From Candidatus Babeliales bacterium (GTDB lineage Bacteria > Babelota > Babeliae > Babelales > JANWKD01), in assembly GCA_963722255.1 (NCBI GenBank), contig CAVRJO010000002.1:448001-512000 (forward strand): a stretch of 64,000 nucleotides of DNA. The letters run 5' to 3'. The notes beneath the pieces are model-generated. The model saw only the letters and a list, made by a program, of their open reading frames with translations. It did no database searches and was not told the DNA's origin. The first letter of the stretch is position 1. Each line of letters begins with the position of its first letter. The translations under genes were made by a program, and so were the position numbers. Below, piece after piece: positions 21,334 to 30,525 of the stretch.

Positions 21334-22338
21334 ATGATAAAAAACTATTTTTTTGCATTATTACTTTCTCTTTCAGCATGCTGCAAAGGCATGGAACATA
21401 ATACCGGACAACTCCATCAGAAACTTCCTCGCATTAAAGATCATTTTTCAGATCTTTTCCCTCAACTTCCATCATTAAACTCTGAGGCCCCGGACATTTT
21501 ACCGCAAGGTGCATACCAATTGCTTTCCTTGGCTTACCGCAATAGCCTAGAACAGAATACTGATAGCATGGAAGAGGACACTGAACAACCCGATCAAACA
21601 GTTCCTTCCCTTAGAGAACTCTTTCCAGATCTTTTCACAATTGGAGAAGAATATCCTCAACATCCACCATTAAATTCTGAAACACAAGACATTTTAGCGC
21701 ACAGAACATACCTAGCTCCTTATGTTGAAGCATCATATAATTATTCCTTAGAAGAGACACCTAATTATCAAGTACAGACACCTCAAGTAAATGAAATCCC
21801 CAGTCCTAAAGAGCAGTTAACTATTATTCAATATAATACTCCACAATCACCGCAAAAATTTTACTGCGCACTTGGATGTGGAGTATTTTCATTGTGGAGA
21901 ACAAGTATAAAAACTCATGAACTTGCCCATACCGATGGAAAAAGAGTTCATACTTGCGATGCACCCAACTGCCATGCAACTTTTACTAATAAAGCTCAGC
22001 TTTCTACACATAAAAGAATGCACAATCCTACAGTGCTCTGCAGGGTCCAAGGCTGCAATAGAGCATTTGCACGAACTGATAATAGAGCAAGACACGAAGC
22101 AAGGCACCTTCAAAAAAAATCCTTCAAATGCGAAAGATGCGGAGCAGGATTTATAGAAAAAAGTGACTACAATAGACATAATGAACAACTTCATGAAAAA
22201 AACCACTTTCAATGCATTAAATGCTGTAAAAAACTATTTAATTCTTTTGGTAGACTACAACAACATTACAATAAGAAGGTCCGTAAAGGCGTACTAGAAA
22301 AATGTGCCGGCAAAATAATTGTTGCAGAAAACGTATAG
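21334..22338 (+). CDS. Secreted C2H2 zinc-finger protein (about 5 fingers)
   Basis: Signal peptide; P/Q/acidic region; fingers such as CRVQGCNRAFARTDNRARHEARH. Confidence 0.9.
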   Translation: MIKNYFFALLLSLSACCKGMEHNTGQLHQKLPRIKDHFSDLFPQLPSLNSEAPDILPQGAYQLLSLAYRNSLEQNTDSMEEDTEQPDQTVPSLRELFPDLFTIGEEYPQHPPLNSETQDILAHRTYLAPYVEASYNYSLEETPNYQVQTPQVNEIPSPKEQLTIIQYNTPQSPQKFYCALGCGVFSLWRTSIKTHELAHTDGKRVHTCDAPNCHATFTNKAQLSTHKRMHNPTVLCRVQGCNRAFARTDNRARHEARHLQKKSFKCERCGAGFIEKSDYNRHNEQLHEKNHFQCIKCCKKLFNSFGRLQQHYNKKVRKGVLEKCAGKIIVAENV

Positions 22339-22352
22339 TTCAAAACTTTCTT

Positions 22353-22505
22353 TTATGCCAAATCATCAACAACGATTTTTATATCATTGTTTGGACTTGC
22401 TCTGCTCATAAACTTATACCTATTAAAATCTCTGAAACAATTGATTGAAATTTTGCCTTAAACAAAGAACAGATGCCAACGGTTTCTTTAGGTTATAATT
22501 TTGTA
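22353..22505. pseudogene. Duplication junction: pilin 3' remnant (minus, 22353-22390) fused to a PAP2 3' remnant (plus)
   Basis: Matches 23660-23697 and about 20370-20483. Confidence 0.85.
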
Positions 22506-22613
22506 AAAGATAATTTTAAATTACCTTTTACAAAAGAGCTTTTCTTTGACATAATTCATATAGAATCATAAAAAATTCATTTTTTAACAACTACAAAAGA
22601 AATATCAACTTAT

Positions 22614-23630
22614 ATGAAAAACTATTTTTTTGCATTATTATTTTTCTTTGCTTGCTGCAAGAGCATGGAACATACTACCGGAAGACTTCCTTCCATTAGA
22701 GAGCAGTTTCCAGAACTTTCCTTTCAACTTCCACCATTAAATTCTGAGACATCAGACATTTTAGCGCACAGTTCACCCCAATTGCTTTCCTTGGCATGCT
22801 ATAATAGAATGGAACAGACCACTGATAGCATGGAAGAGGACACTGAACAACCCGATCAAATACTTCCTTCCATTAGAAAACAGCTTTCAGGTTTTTTCAC
22901 TCAAACTCCACCATTAAATCCTGAACCACAAGACATTTTAGCGCACCGAACATACCTAGCTCCTTATGTTGAAGCATCATATAATTATTCCTTAGAAGAG
23001 ACACCTAATTATCAAGTACAGACACCTCAAGTAAATGAAATCCCCAGCCCTACTGAAGAGCAGTTAACTATTATTCGATACATACCCTCTCCAAAATCAC
23101 CGAACACACTCGCTCCAAACATACCCACTCCAAAATCAGCACAACAATTTTACTGCGCACTCGGATGTGGAGTGTTTTCATTTTGGAGAAAAAGTATAAA
23201 ACTGCATGAACTCGCTCATATCGATGAAAAAAGAATTCGTATTTGCGATGAACCAAATTGCCATGCTGCTTTTAGTGATAATAGTGCACTTACTAGACAT
23301 AAAAATATGCACAGGCCTACACTGCGCTGCCGATTTCAAGGCTGCAATAGAACATTTGCACGAAAGGATAATAGAATAAACCATGAAGAAACACACAAAA
23401 AAAGATCCCTTCAAAAAAGTCTCTTCAAATGTTTAAGATGCAGGGCAAAATTTACAATAGAAGGTGACTACAATAGGCATAATAAACAACGTCATAAAGA
23501 AAATGGCTTTCAATGCATTAGATGCTGTAAAAAACTATTTCATTCTAAAGGTAAATTATGTCAACATTACAATAAAAAGATCCGTAAAGGCATACTAAAA
23601 AAATGTGACGGCAAAATAATTGTTGCATAA
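22614..23630 (+). CDS. Secreted C2H2 zinc-finger protein (about 5 fingers), paralog of 21334-22338
   Basis: Long identical DNA blocks with the 21334 gene; C2H2 repeats. Confidence 0.9.
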   Translation: MKNYFFALLFFFACCKSMEHTTGRLPSIREQFPELSFQLPPLNSETSDILAHSSPQLLSLACYNRMEQTTDSMEEDTEQPDQILPSIRKQLSGFFTQTPPLNPEPQDILAHRTYLAPYVEASYNYSLEETPNYQVQTPQVNEIPSPTEEQLTIIRYIPSPKSPNTLAPNIPTPKSAQQFYCALGCGVFSFWRKSIKLHELAHIDEKRIRICDEPNCHAAFSDNSALTRHKNMHRPTLRCRFQGCNRTFARKDNRINHEETHKKRSLQKSLFKCLRCRAKFTIEGDYNRHNKQRHKENGFQCIRCCKKLFHSKGKLCQHYNKKIRKGILKKCDGKIIVA

Positions 23631-23659
23631 ATTGTATAGTTAAAAATCAAAACTTTCTT

Positions 23660-24142
23660 TTATGCCAAATCATCAACAACGACTTTTATATCATTGTGAT
23701 GATTCACCGTTAATAGATCTGCAGTACCATCTCCATCAATATCTCCGGCTGCTGCAATAATAAATCCTTCTTTATCGGCTTTAGTTGTCCCTAATGCAGA
23801 TTGCGGCGCTGACAATTTGCCAGTAAAATAGTTTTGTCCTTCTTGGCCTTGATTAAATCCATAGGTGTAATTAAATTTTTCTTGCGCTCCACCACCAGAA
23901 TATCCTTCCGGCTTCCAGCCAATACCATCTTTACCAAGAAGCACAGATGAAAAAGTTCCATTTTCAGCCCAATAAGTCTTTTGTGCAACATATAATGAGC
24001 CTAAATTCATGTAAGCCTCGGCTCGTTTAGCCTTTGAAAGAAATTTTAAGAAACTTGGAACAGAAATCATTGATAAAAAACCTATAATAGCTACCACTAT
24101 CATAAGCTCAATCATAGTAAAACCCTGAATATTTCGCTTCAT
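23660..24142 (-). CDS. Type IV pilin (PilA-like)
   Basis: G|FTMIELMIVVAIIGFL class III signal; C-terminal DIDGDG. Confidence 0.9.
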   Translation of the reverse strand: MKRNIQGFTMIELMIVVAIIGFLSMISVPSFLKFLSKAKRAEAYMNLGSLYVAQKTYWAENGTFSSVLLGKDGIGWKPEGYSGGGAQEKFNYTYGFNQGQEGQNYFTGKLSAPQSALGTTKADKEGFIIAAAGDIDGDGTADLLTVNHHNDIKVVVDDLA

Positions 24143-24634
24143 TGACCCTACCCTAACCCTATAAAGCTTTATTGATATCATGATAGTGTAATGAGGATGC
24201 CTAAAGTCAATAATTTTGAAAAAAATAGATTTTCCCAGGAAAAAGCTTTACTAAAAAGATTAGTGATTTCAAAAGTCATATTCCTATTCATTAAAATGGT
24301 TTTTGACCAACCACTAGAAATATTTTCTATTTGAAACAATCAAAAGCTTTAAACCATCACACATAAAGCTATTTATACCTGTAAAACAGCCGCTTATCAT
24401 TTTTAATCTTTTGTAAATACTAGGCAGGTTTTTTCATATATAATTCAATGTTTGACATTTTTAAAAAATATTATACTATTAAATAGAAGATAGGACCCCA
24501 TCAAAGGCAAACTAAACAAGTTCTATATAATTTAAGTATTCGCTTTCATATTATTACTGCTTACCGGCTAATTAATATCAATCAGCAATAATAAATGAAG
24601 AGGTTTTTTAAATACATTCTATTTTGGAGAAAAA

Positions 24635-26107
24635 ATGGCAACCATAAACAAGCAAGATATAGTAACTAAAACAGCTGCGGCTTTAGGTAAACAAAGAAAT
24701 TATAATGAGGTCGTTGAATTTCTGGACTCTAACTGGGTTCATGAACAACCGACTGAAAAAAGCTTTGCACTTATTACTAAGCTTGACCAAGCTTTAAAAA
24801 GCCCTTCAAAAAGTTTAAACGCTATTTTGATTGGCGGAACTAATGGGAAAGGACTTACCATCCATTTTGCCACAAAACTTTTTCAAGAAGAAAAGATTAG
24901 CTCAGGAGCATTTTATTCACCGCACATTTTGAGCTACAATGAACGTTTTACCATCAACAATGAAACTATTTCAAATAAGACGTTTACCGAGTTGGCAAAT
25001 GATGTTATTAACACCGCTGAAGCACATGGTATTCCTGCAACATCATTTGATATTTTAACCATGATGTCCGTTCTTTATTTCACCTCAAACAACGTTGATG
25101 TTGCTTTGCTTGAAATGAAGAATGATAGTCCTTTTGATCCTACCAATATTTGTAAACCAAATATTTTAGCAATTACTCGTATAACTAACGAAAATATAGC
25201 ACCTAAAAATGATAAAACAGCTGAATATATCAAATATATTCTTCAAGGTGTAAAACCTGGAACCCATGTTATTTCAGGCGATCAAAGCAAATTAAATCTT
25301 CAATTGATGGCTGATCAAGTTGAACTTCACAAGGGTATATGGGAAATGCCAATACGTAAACTTGCACCATTAGCATATCCTTTTGAACAACTTCATGGTC
25401 GCTGCGCTGCACTTGCTGAACGCATTTGCCAAATTTATGTTGACGATTTCCTAAAAGATAGCACCTTGGTTTCTAGCGCAAGCCTTCTTGCAAAACCTAA
25501 AGGGCAACGTGGACGTCCAACCTTACAACGTAAAAAAGAATCATTAGAGAATCCTCAAAGAACACTTGAACAATTCTGGAAAGAAGAATCAAGCACGTTG
25601 GCTGGCCGTTTCCAAGTTTTAGATAAAGAAAAACCAACAATCTTACTTGATAATGCAAGTAATGTTGATGCGTTGAAAAATCTTTTACTAGGTATTAGAT
25701 TAATGCATTATCAAAAACCTTTAAAAGGCTTAGCATTTATCTTTGCTTGTGATAAAAACCAAATAAATGTTGAAGAATTTTTACGACTTCTTAGATACTT
25801 CTCTAAGAAAAATTCAGGACAAATTATTTTCTGCCCTATTGAAAGTAATGTTCCCGGCGTTCAAGAAGAATCATGGGATGTTGAACAAATTATCAACAAT
25901 GTACAAAGACTTGGTGATGCATCAGGATCAGGCAAAGCAACAACTATTGCATTGAAGGTCAAGGCTAAACTTGCTAAGAATTTCGAAGAAGCATACGAAA
26001 TGGCTAAAAAGTCAATTAATGATGAGCGCCATGGATTAATGGTTATTTCCGGTTCTCAATCAATTATTAGCCAATACTGGAAATTTAAAGGCATTAAAAA
26101 AATCTAA
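24635..26107 (+). CDS. Divergent FolC-like (Mur-ligase fold) protein
   Basis: GGTNGKG, FYSPHILSYNERFTIN, LAGRFQ, LLDNASN; canonical EVGLGGRLDATN replaced. Confidence 0.7.
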   Translation: MATINKQDIVTKTAAALGKQRNYNEVVEFLDSNWVHEQPTEKSFALITKLDQALKSPSKSLNAILIGGTNGKGLTIHFATKLFQEEKISSGAFYSPHILSYNERFTINNETISNKTFTELANDVINTAEAHGIPATSFDILTMMSVLYFTSNNVDVALLEMKNDSPFDPTNICKPNILAITRITNENIAPKNDKTAEYIKYILQGVKPGTHVISGDQSKLNLQLMADQVELHKGIWEMPIRKLAPLAYPFEQLHGRCAALAERICQIYVDDFLKDSTLVSSASLLAKPKGQRGRPTLQRKKESLENPQRTLEQFWKEESSTLAGRFQVLDKEKPTILLDNASNVDALKNLLLGIRLMHYQKPLKGLAFIFACDKNQINVEEFLRLLRYFSKKNSGQIIFCPIESNVPGVQEESWDVEQIINNVQRLGDASGSGKATTIALKVKAKLAKNFEEAYEMAKKSINDERHGLMVISGSQSIISQYWKFKGIKKI

Positions 26108-26110
26108 TCT

Positions 26111-26386
26111 ATGATAACATCCATCATTGTTGGTTCACTCTTAGGAATTATATATGGGCTTTCTTTCTTTGTCACAAAGAAGAAAGCCCTTTCTTCTTAT
26201 TCTTCACAGGCGACAGTTCTTCGTGTCGCAGCATTTTCATCTTTTCGTCTTCTTTTTATTTCGTTAATATTTTATTATCTATTGCTACAACATAATCTTA
26301 ATTATATACTGGTTTTGGTATCATTTTTAATTACCTTATGGATCACTGTTATAACTAAGAGCGATATGCGTTTATGGAAGGCTTAG
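26111..26386 (+). CDS. ATP synthase protein I-like membrane protein
   Basis: Small TM protein with SSFRLL, immediately upstream of atpB. Confidence 0.55.
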   Translation: MITSIIVGSLLGIIYGLSFFVTKKKALSSYSSQATVLRVAAFSSFRLLFISLIFYYLLLQHNLNYILVLVSFLITLWITVITKSDMRLWKA

Positions 26387-27117
26387 AAGTTTTTAATGTC
26401 GAACATGTATGGCATCCACTTAAATTGCTTGGCATTGATTCATCTATAATCAGTATCACCATCCCAACTGTCATTAATACGTGGATTGTTTTATTCGTTT
26501 TAACGGGATTTATTCTACTTTTTCGATTACTACTTTATAAAAGTAATGTTGTGACTTTTCTTGTACATTCGTTTGTCGATTCATTTATAGAGCTTTCAGT
26601 TCAATCTTTAGGTAGCTTTAACTACACCCATTTTGCTTTCGTTTTTTCTATTTTTGTGTTTATTCTTTTGTGTAATTGGATTGCTCTCATCCCTTTTGTT
26701 GAAGAACCAACAAAGGATATCAATACAACGCTTGCACTGGGATGCATATCGTTTTTTTATAAAGAATTTTATGCGATAAAAACACATGGCTTTCTTGCCT
26801 ATATTAAAGAATTTTTTCATCCTTTTTTTGTAATGTTTCCACTCAATCTCATAAGCCATTTTTCAAAAATCATTTCAATATCATTTCGCCTTTTTGGAAA
26901 TATCTTTGGTGGTTCAATCATTACTCAAATCTATACGAGTGCAATTTCACTCTCGTTCTTAACTGAACTCTTTGGCTTATTATCAGGAATAAATTTTTTA
27001 GTACTTTCTTTTTTTATCCTTTTTGAAGGCTTAATTCAAGCGTTTGTTTTTACTATGTTAACGCTAACCTATCTTGCTATTGCAGTACAAACTGAGGAAG
27101 AAGAGGCACCCATATAA
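26374..27117 (+). CDS. atpB: F0 ATP synthase subunit a
   Basis: PTKDINTTLAL, SFRLFGNIFGG, IQAFVFTML. Confidence 0.93.
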   Translation: MEGLEVFNVEHVWHPLKLLGIDSSIISITIPTVINTWIVLFVLTGFILLFRLLLYKSNVVTFLVHSFVDSFIELSVQSLGSFNYTHFAFVFSIFVFILLCNWIALIPFVEEPTKDINTTLALGCISFFYKEFYAIKTHGFLAYIKEFFHPFFVMFPLNLISHFSKIISISFRLFGNIFGGSIITQIYTSAISLSFLTELFGLLSGINFLVLSFFILFEGLIQAFVFTMLTLTYLAIAVQTEEEEAPI

Positions 27118-28082
27118 TGGAACATATAAGTTCATTTCTTCATTATGGAACAATCTTGTTTATTATTGGTACTACTTCTCTTGGCACCGGTATTGGTGGC
27201 GGCAAAGCAACCATGAAAGCTCTCGATGCACTTAATTGCTCGCCAACATCTTTTCCTGAAATTTTTAGAGCTCTCATCATAGGCCTTGCTCTTATTGAAA
27301 CAAGTGCAATTTTGGGTATCGTTATGGGACTCATTCTTATTCTCGGGCAACCCCTGCAGGACAACGGAAATCTCTTTATTACGCTGGGTGAAATAGGCAT
27401 TGCATTCGCTTTAGGAATATCAGGAGGACTCGTTGGACTTCTTTCAGCATTACCTGTGCAAGAAGCCGTCTATGCTATTGCTCGGCAACCATTTTTTAGT
27501 AACAAAATTTTAAATACAATGCTTTTAACGCAATCAATTGTTCAAACACCGGTAATTTTTAGTTTTTTAATTGCCTTATTTATTAAAGGACAAATAGGCG
27601 CCGTAACTACCTACGCAAATAGTATACGTTTAGTAGCAAGCGGATTATGCATTGGCATTGGAAGCATAGGGCCAACTATTGGCTTAGCTCGTTTTGCACA
27701 AATTGCTAATAGATGTATAGCATTCAATCGAGAAGCCTATTCAACGCTCATGCCATTCATTTTTGTCAGTCAAGCAATTATCGAAACACCTATAATTTTT
27801 GCTGTGCTTGTTACGATTATTTTATTATTTACGCCAATAAAACCTGATAATGAAACATTAGGGGCGCTATCATGTATTGCGGCAGCATTCTGCGCTGCTC
27901 TTGGTACCTTAGGACCCGGTATTAGTTCCGGCAAAATTGCATCTGCTGCATGCAAGGAAATTGCTTTAAATCATGAAAACAGTTCTATCATTTCTCGAAC
28001 AAGCATTTTGGGACAAGGCATTATCGATGCTGCAGCCATGTATGCTTTACTTGTTGCATTGATTATTATAATTTTGAGGTAA
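27117..28082 (+). CDS. atpE: F0 ATP synthase subunit c made of four fused hairpin repeats
   Basis: Four Gly-rich helix/loop/helix units; ARQP loop in repeat 2; ion-site residues LIET, IVQT, IIET, IIDA. Confidence 0.85.
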   Translation: MEHISSFLHYGTILFIIGTTSLGTGIGGGKATMKALDALNCSPTSFPEIFRALIIGLALIETSAILGIVMGLILILGQPLQDNGNLFITLGEIGIAFALGISGGLVGLLSALPVQEAVYAIARQPFFSNKILNTMLLTQSIVQTPVIFSFLIALFIKGQIGAVTTYANSIRLVASGLCIGIGSIGPTIGLARFAQIANRCIAFNREAYSTLMPFIFVSQAIIETPIIFAVLVTIILLFTPIKPDNETLGALSCIAAAFCAALGTLGPGISSGKIASAACKEIALNHENSSIISRTSILGQGIIDAAAMYALLVALIIIILR

Positions 28083-28166
28083 CATGATTTTACCTTCATA
28101 AATCAATACTGATTCATCGAATTCACGTTAATAAAATTAAAAAATAAAAACGGAGAATGAAGCTTT

Positions 28167-29317
28167 ATGAATACTCATGATACTCATGACTTGCATATAG
28201 TATATATTATTACAAAATTGGAGCTTGGGGGTGCACAAAAAGTTTGTTTATCTCTTTTTGAAGGCCTCAAACAATCTGGATACTCCTCAATGCTCATTTC
28301 AGGCACACAAGGACCTCTAGCAGAAGAAGTAAAACACAATCCTTTTGTCTATCTTTTACCCACGCTAACACGAGAAATTTCTTTTATTAGCATTTACAAC
28401 GAAATAAAAACCTTTTTGCACCTTATACACTATCTAAAAGAACTCAAAAAAAAATATCCGCAGCTTATTGTTCACACTCATAGCACAAAGGCAGGAGTTG
28501 TTGGCCGCTGGGCTGCTTTTTTTCAGGAATTAAACAACGTGTTCATACCATTCATGGCTATGCTTTTCACGCGCATCAATCATATTGCGTGTGGTTAATG
28601 ATCTATTTTCTTGAATTGATTACAAGCTTCATAACAACACGTTTTGTTTGCGTCTCATCAGCAGATGTACAAACCGGCATACGATTGTTCCCATTTTTCA
28701 AAAATAAATATTCTATTATTCGTGCTGCTGTTGATTGGGACCAGTTTACAACAATAACTTTTCCTCCTAAGCAAACCCCACAAGATCTCTTTATTATAGG
28801 AACCATTGCCTGCTTTAAAAAACAAAAAAATCTCACTGATCTTATTAAATCATTTCATAGCGCATATCGCGCTAATAAAAATCTGCGATTAGAAATAATA
28901 GGCGATGGAATAATGCGAAATGAAATTGAACAACTCATTAATTTGTATGAAATTCAAGATGTCGTTATACTCCATGGTTGGCAAAAAAATGTCGTTCCTT
29001 TTATGCAATCATGGCATGCCTTTGCCTTAACTTCATTATGGGAAGGACTGCCATGCGCAATAATCGAAGCACGGCTTTTAAAACTTCCAATTCTTGCTTA
29101 TGATACGGGCGGCATTCATGATGTTATAATTAACAAAAAAAATGGCTTTCTTTATGCTCAAAAAGATTGGAGAAGTTTAGCAGAAGGAATGTTAGAGTTA
29201 AGCATCAATAAAGAGCTTTATAATAACATGCGAAATTATAATGAAAATCTACTCGATTATCATGCAACAACGATGATTAATAATCATATTGCATTATATA
29301 AAGAATTAGCTAATTGA
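28167..29317 (+). CDS. GT4-family glycosyltransferase, frameshifted in a T run near 28520
   Basis: GGAQK, VHTHSTKAG, hidden HTIHG, SLWEGLPCAIIEA. Confidence 0.85.
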
Positions 29318-29599
29318 AAGATGTATTTTTTTTCCTAATACTTGTGCTGCTTTTAAAAGAGTATGGAGTGTAAGCGAAGTATTGTTGGGATTAAGTAAAC
29401 GGCTTATCGCTGCTTTGCTCGTTCCCATTTTTTTAGCTAAATCTGCTTGCGTTAAATTTTGTTCAATTAAAAGATCATTAAGTTGAAAAGCAATAATTCT
29501 TTTAAGAGCTACAGCCTGCGTATGCTCTAATATACCTTCTTGTGCAAGAAAACTATCGAGTGTTGATCCATAATGGGGATTATTATTACGAGTAACCAT
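29306..29599 (-). CDS. XRE-family HTH antitoxin
   Basis: HYGSTLDSFLAQEGI; TQADLAKKMGTSKAAISRLL. Confidence 0.85.
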   Translation of the reverse strand: MVTRNNNPHYGSTLDSFLAQEGILEHTQAVALKRIIAFQLNDLLIEQNLTQADLAKKMGTSKAAISRLLNPNNTSLTLHTLLKAAQVLGKKIHLSIS

Positions 29600-29740
29600 A
29601 AGTTCCTATCTTTTTTTTTCTTTTTGTAGCGGTTTCAATTTCATTTTGAGGAGTTTTTTGAGTTTTTTTAACCATTGCTTAACAGGTTCTTTGCCTGAAT
29701 CTTCTTGATAAAAAATTATAGTATATGTTGGTTTAGTCAT
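29586..29740 (-). pseudogene. Internally deleted RelE/Gp49-like toxin
   Basis: MTKPTYTIIFYQEDSGKEPVKQWLKKL joined out of frame to KKTQKTPQNEIETATKR. Confidence 0.8.
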
Positions 29741-30014
29741 ACTAAAAAATAACCTTATGAAAAACAGCTCTACAACTTACTATTTTATAAAAATGTTATC
29801 ATTTTTGGTAACAATAATCAATAGTTAAACCCATAATTAATAACATAAGTAACAAAAAATAGTTTAAAACTCTTGTTATTCTTTGATAAAAAATCTTTAC
29901 AATTTGAAATAAAATGCTGTATTATTAAGAATAAGAGACATATATAAAAAAAAATATACCTATAAAACAGTAATCTTAATTGGCCAATACCTATAGAGAA
30001 AATGGGGAAAACTT

Positions 30015-30479
30015 ATGAAAAATTTTAAAATAATAACATTCACGCTTATACTAATGAGCCAATATTATGCGCTACAAGCTGGACCATGCATACGTCTTGC
30101 TAAGGAACTTTCCAGCAAACAAGGTATAACCGAATCTCCAAAAAGATCATTCGCTACCTGGGGCACCTTAGAGGTTCAAGCATCAAAACCAAGCTATTTG
30201 CGATCAAGCCCGGCCAAATATTTTTCTACATCTGAAGCAAAAAGAAAATCGCATGCATTTCAAACCAGTCCTCGAGAGTCTTTCAAGCCTAGCAAAGAAG
30301 TCGCTGCATTGAGAAAAAGACAAAAACAGCTTCAAAAAGACTTAGTTGAAATCAACAAATTGATTCGAGAATATAAAGAATATAAAAAGAGAGCAAAACA
30401 AGAAAAAATTGAACCATCACATGAGAAATTATTTAAAGATAAATTTGAAACCGCAGAAAAAGAAGAAGAGATCAAATAA
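30015..30479 (+). CDS. Secreted basic protein with a coiled coil (family with 30526, 31575 and 60161)
   Basis: MKNFKII...SQ..LQA signal; R/S/K-rich region; ends EKEEEIK. Confidence 0.75.
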   Translation: MKNFKIITFTLILMSQYYALQAGPCIRLAKELSSKQGITESPKRSFATWGTLEVQASKPSYLRSSPAKYFSTSEAKRKSHAFQTSPRESFKPSKEVAALRKRQKQLQKDLVEINKLIREYKEYKKRAKQEKIEPSHEKLFKDKFETAEKEEEIK

Positions 30480-30525
30480 TTAATTTTATTAACCATTAGT
30501 TAAAAAAATTGGTGAGAGAGAAACA

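Noticed and set aside
24490..24600. Possible c-di-GMP or other riboswitch upstream of the FolC-like gene (GGCAAAC)
   Set aside because: The remaining conserved stems and the GCAAAG element are not visible
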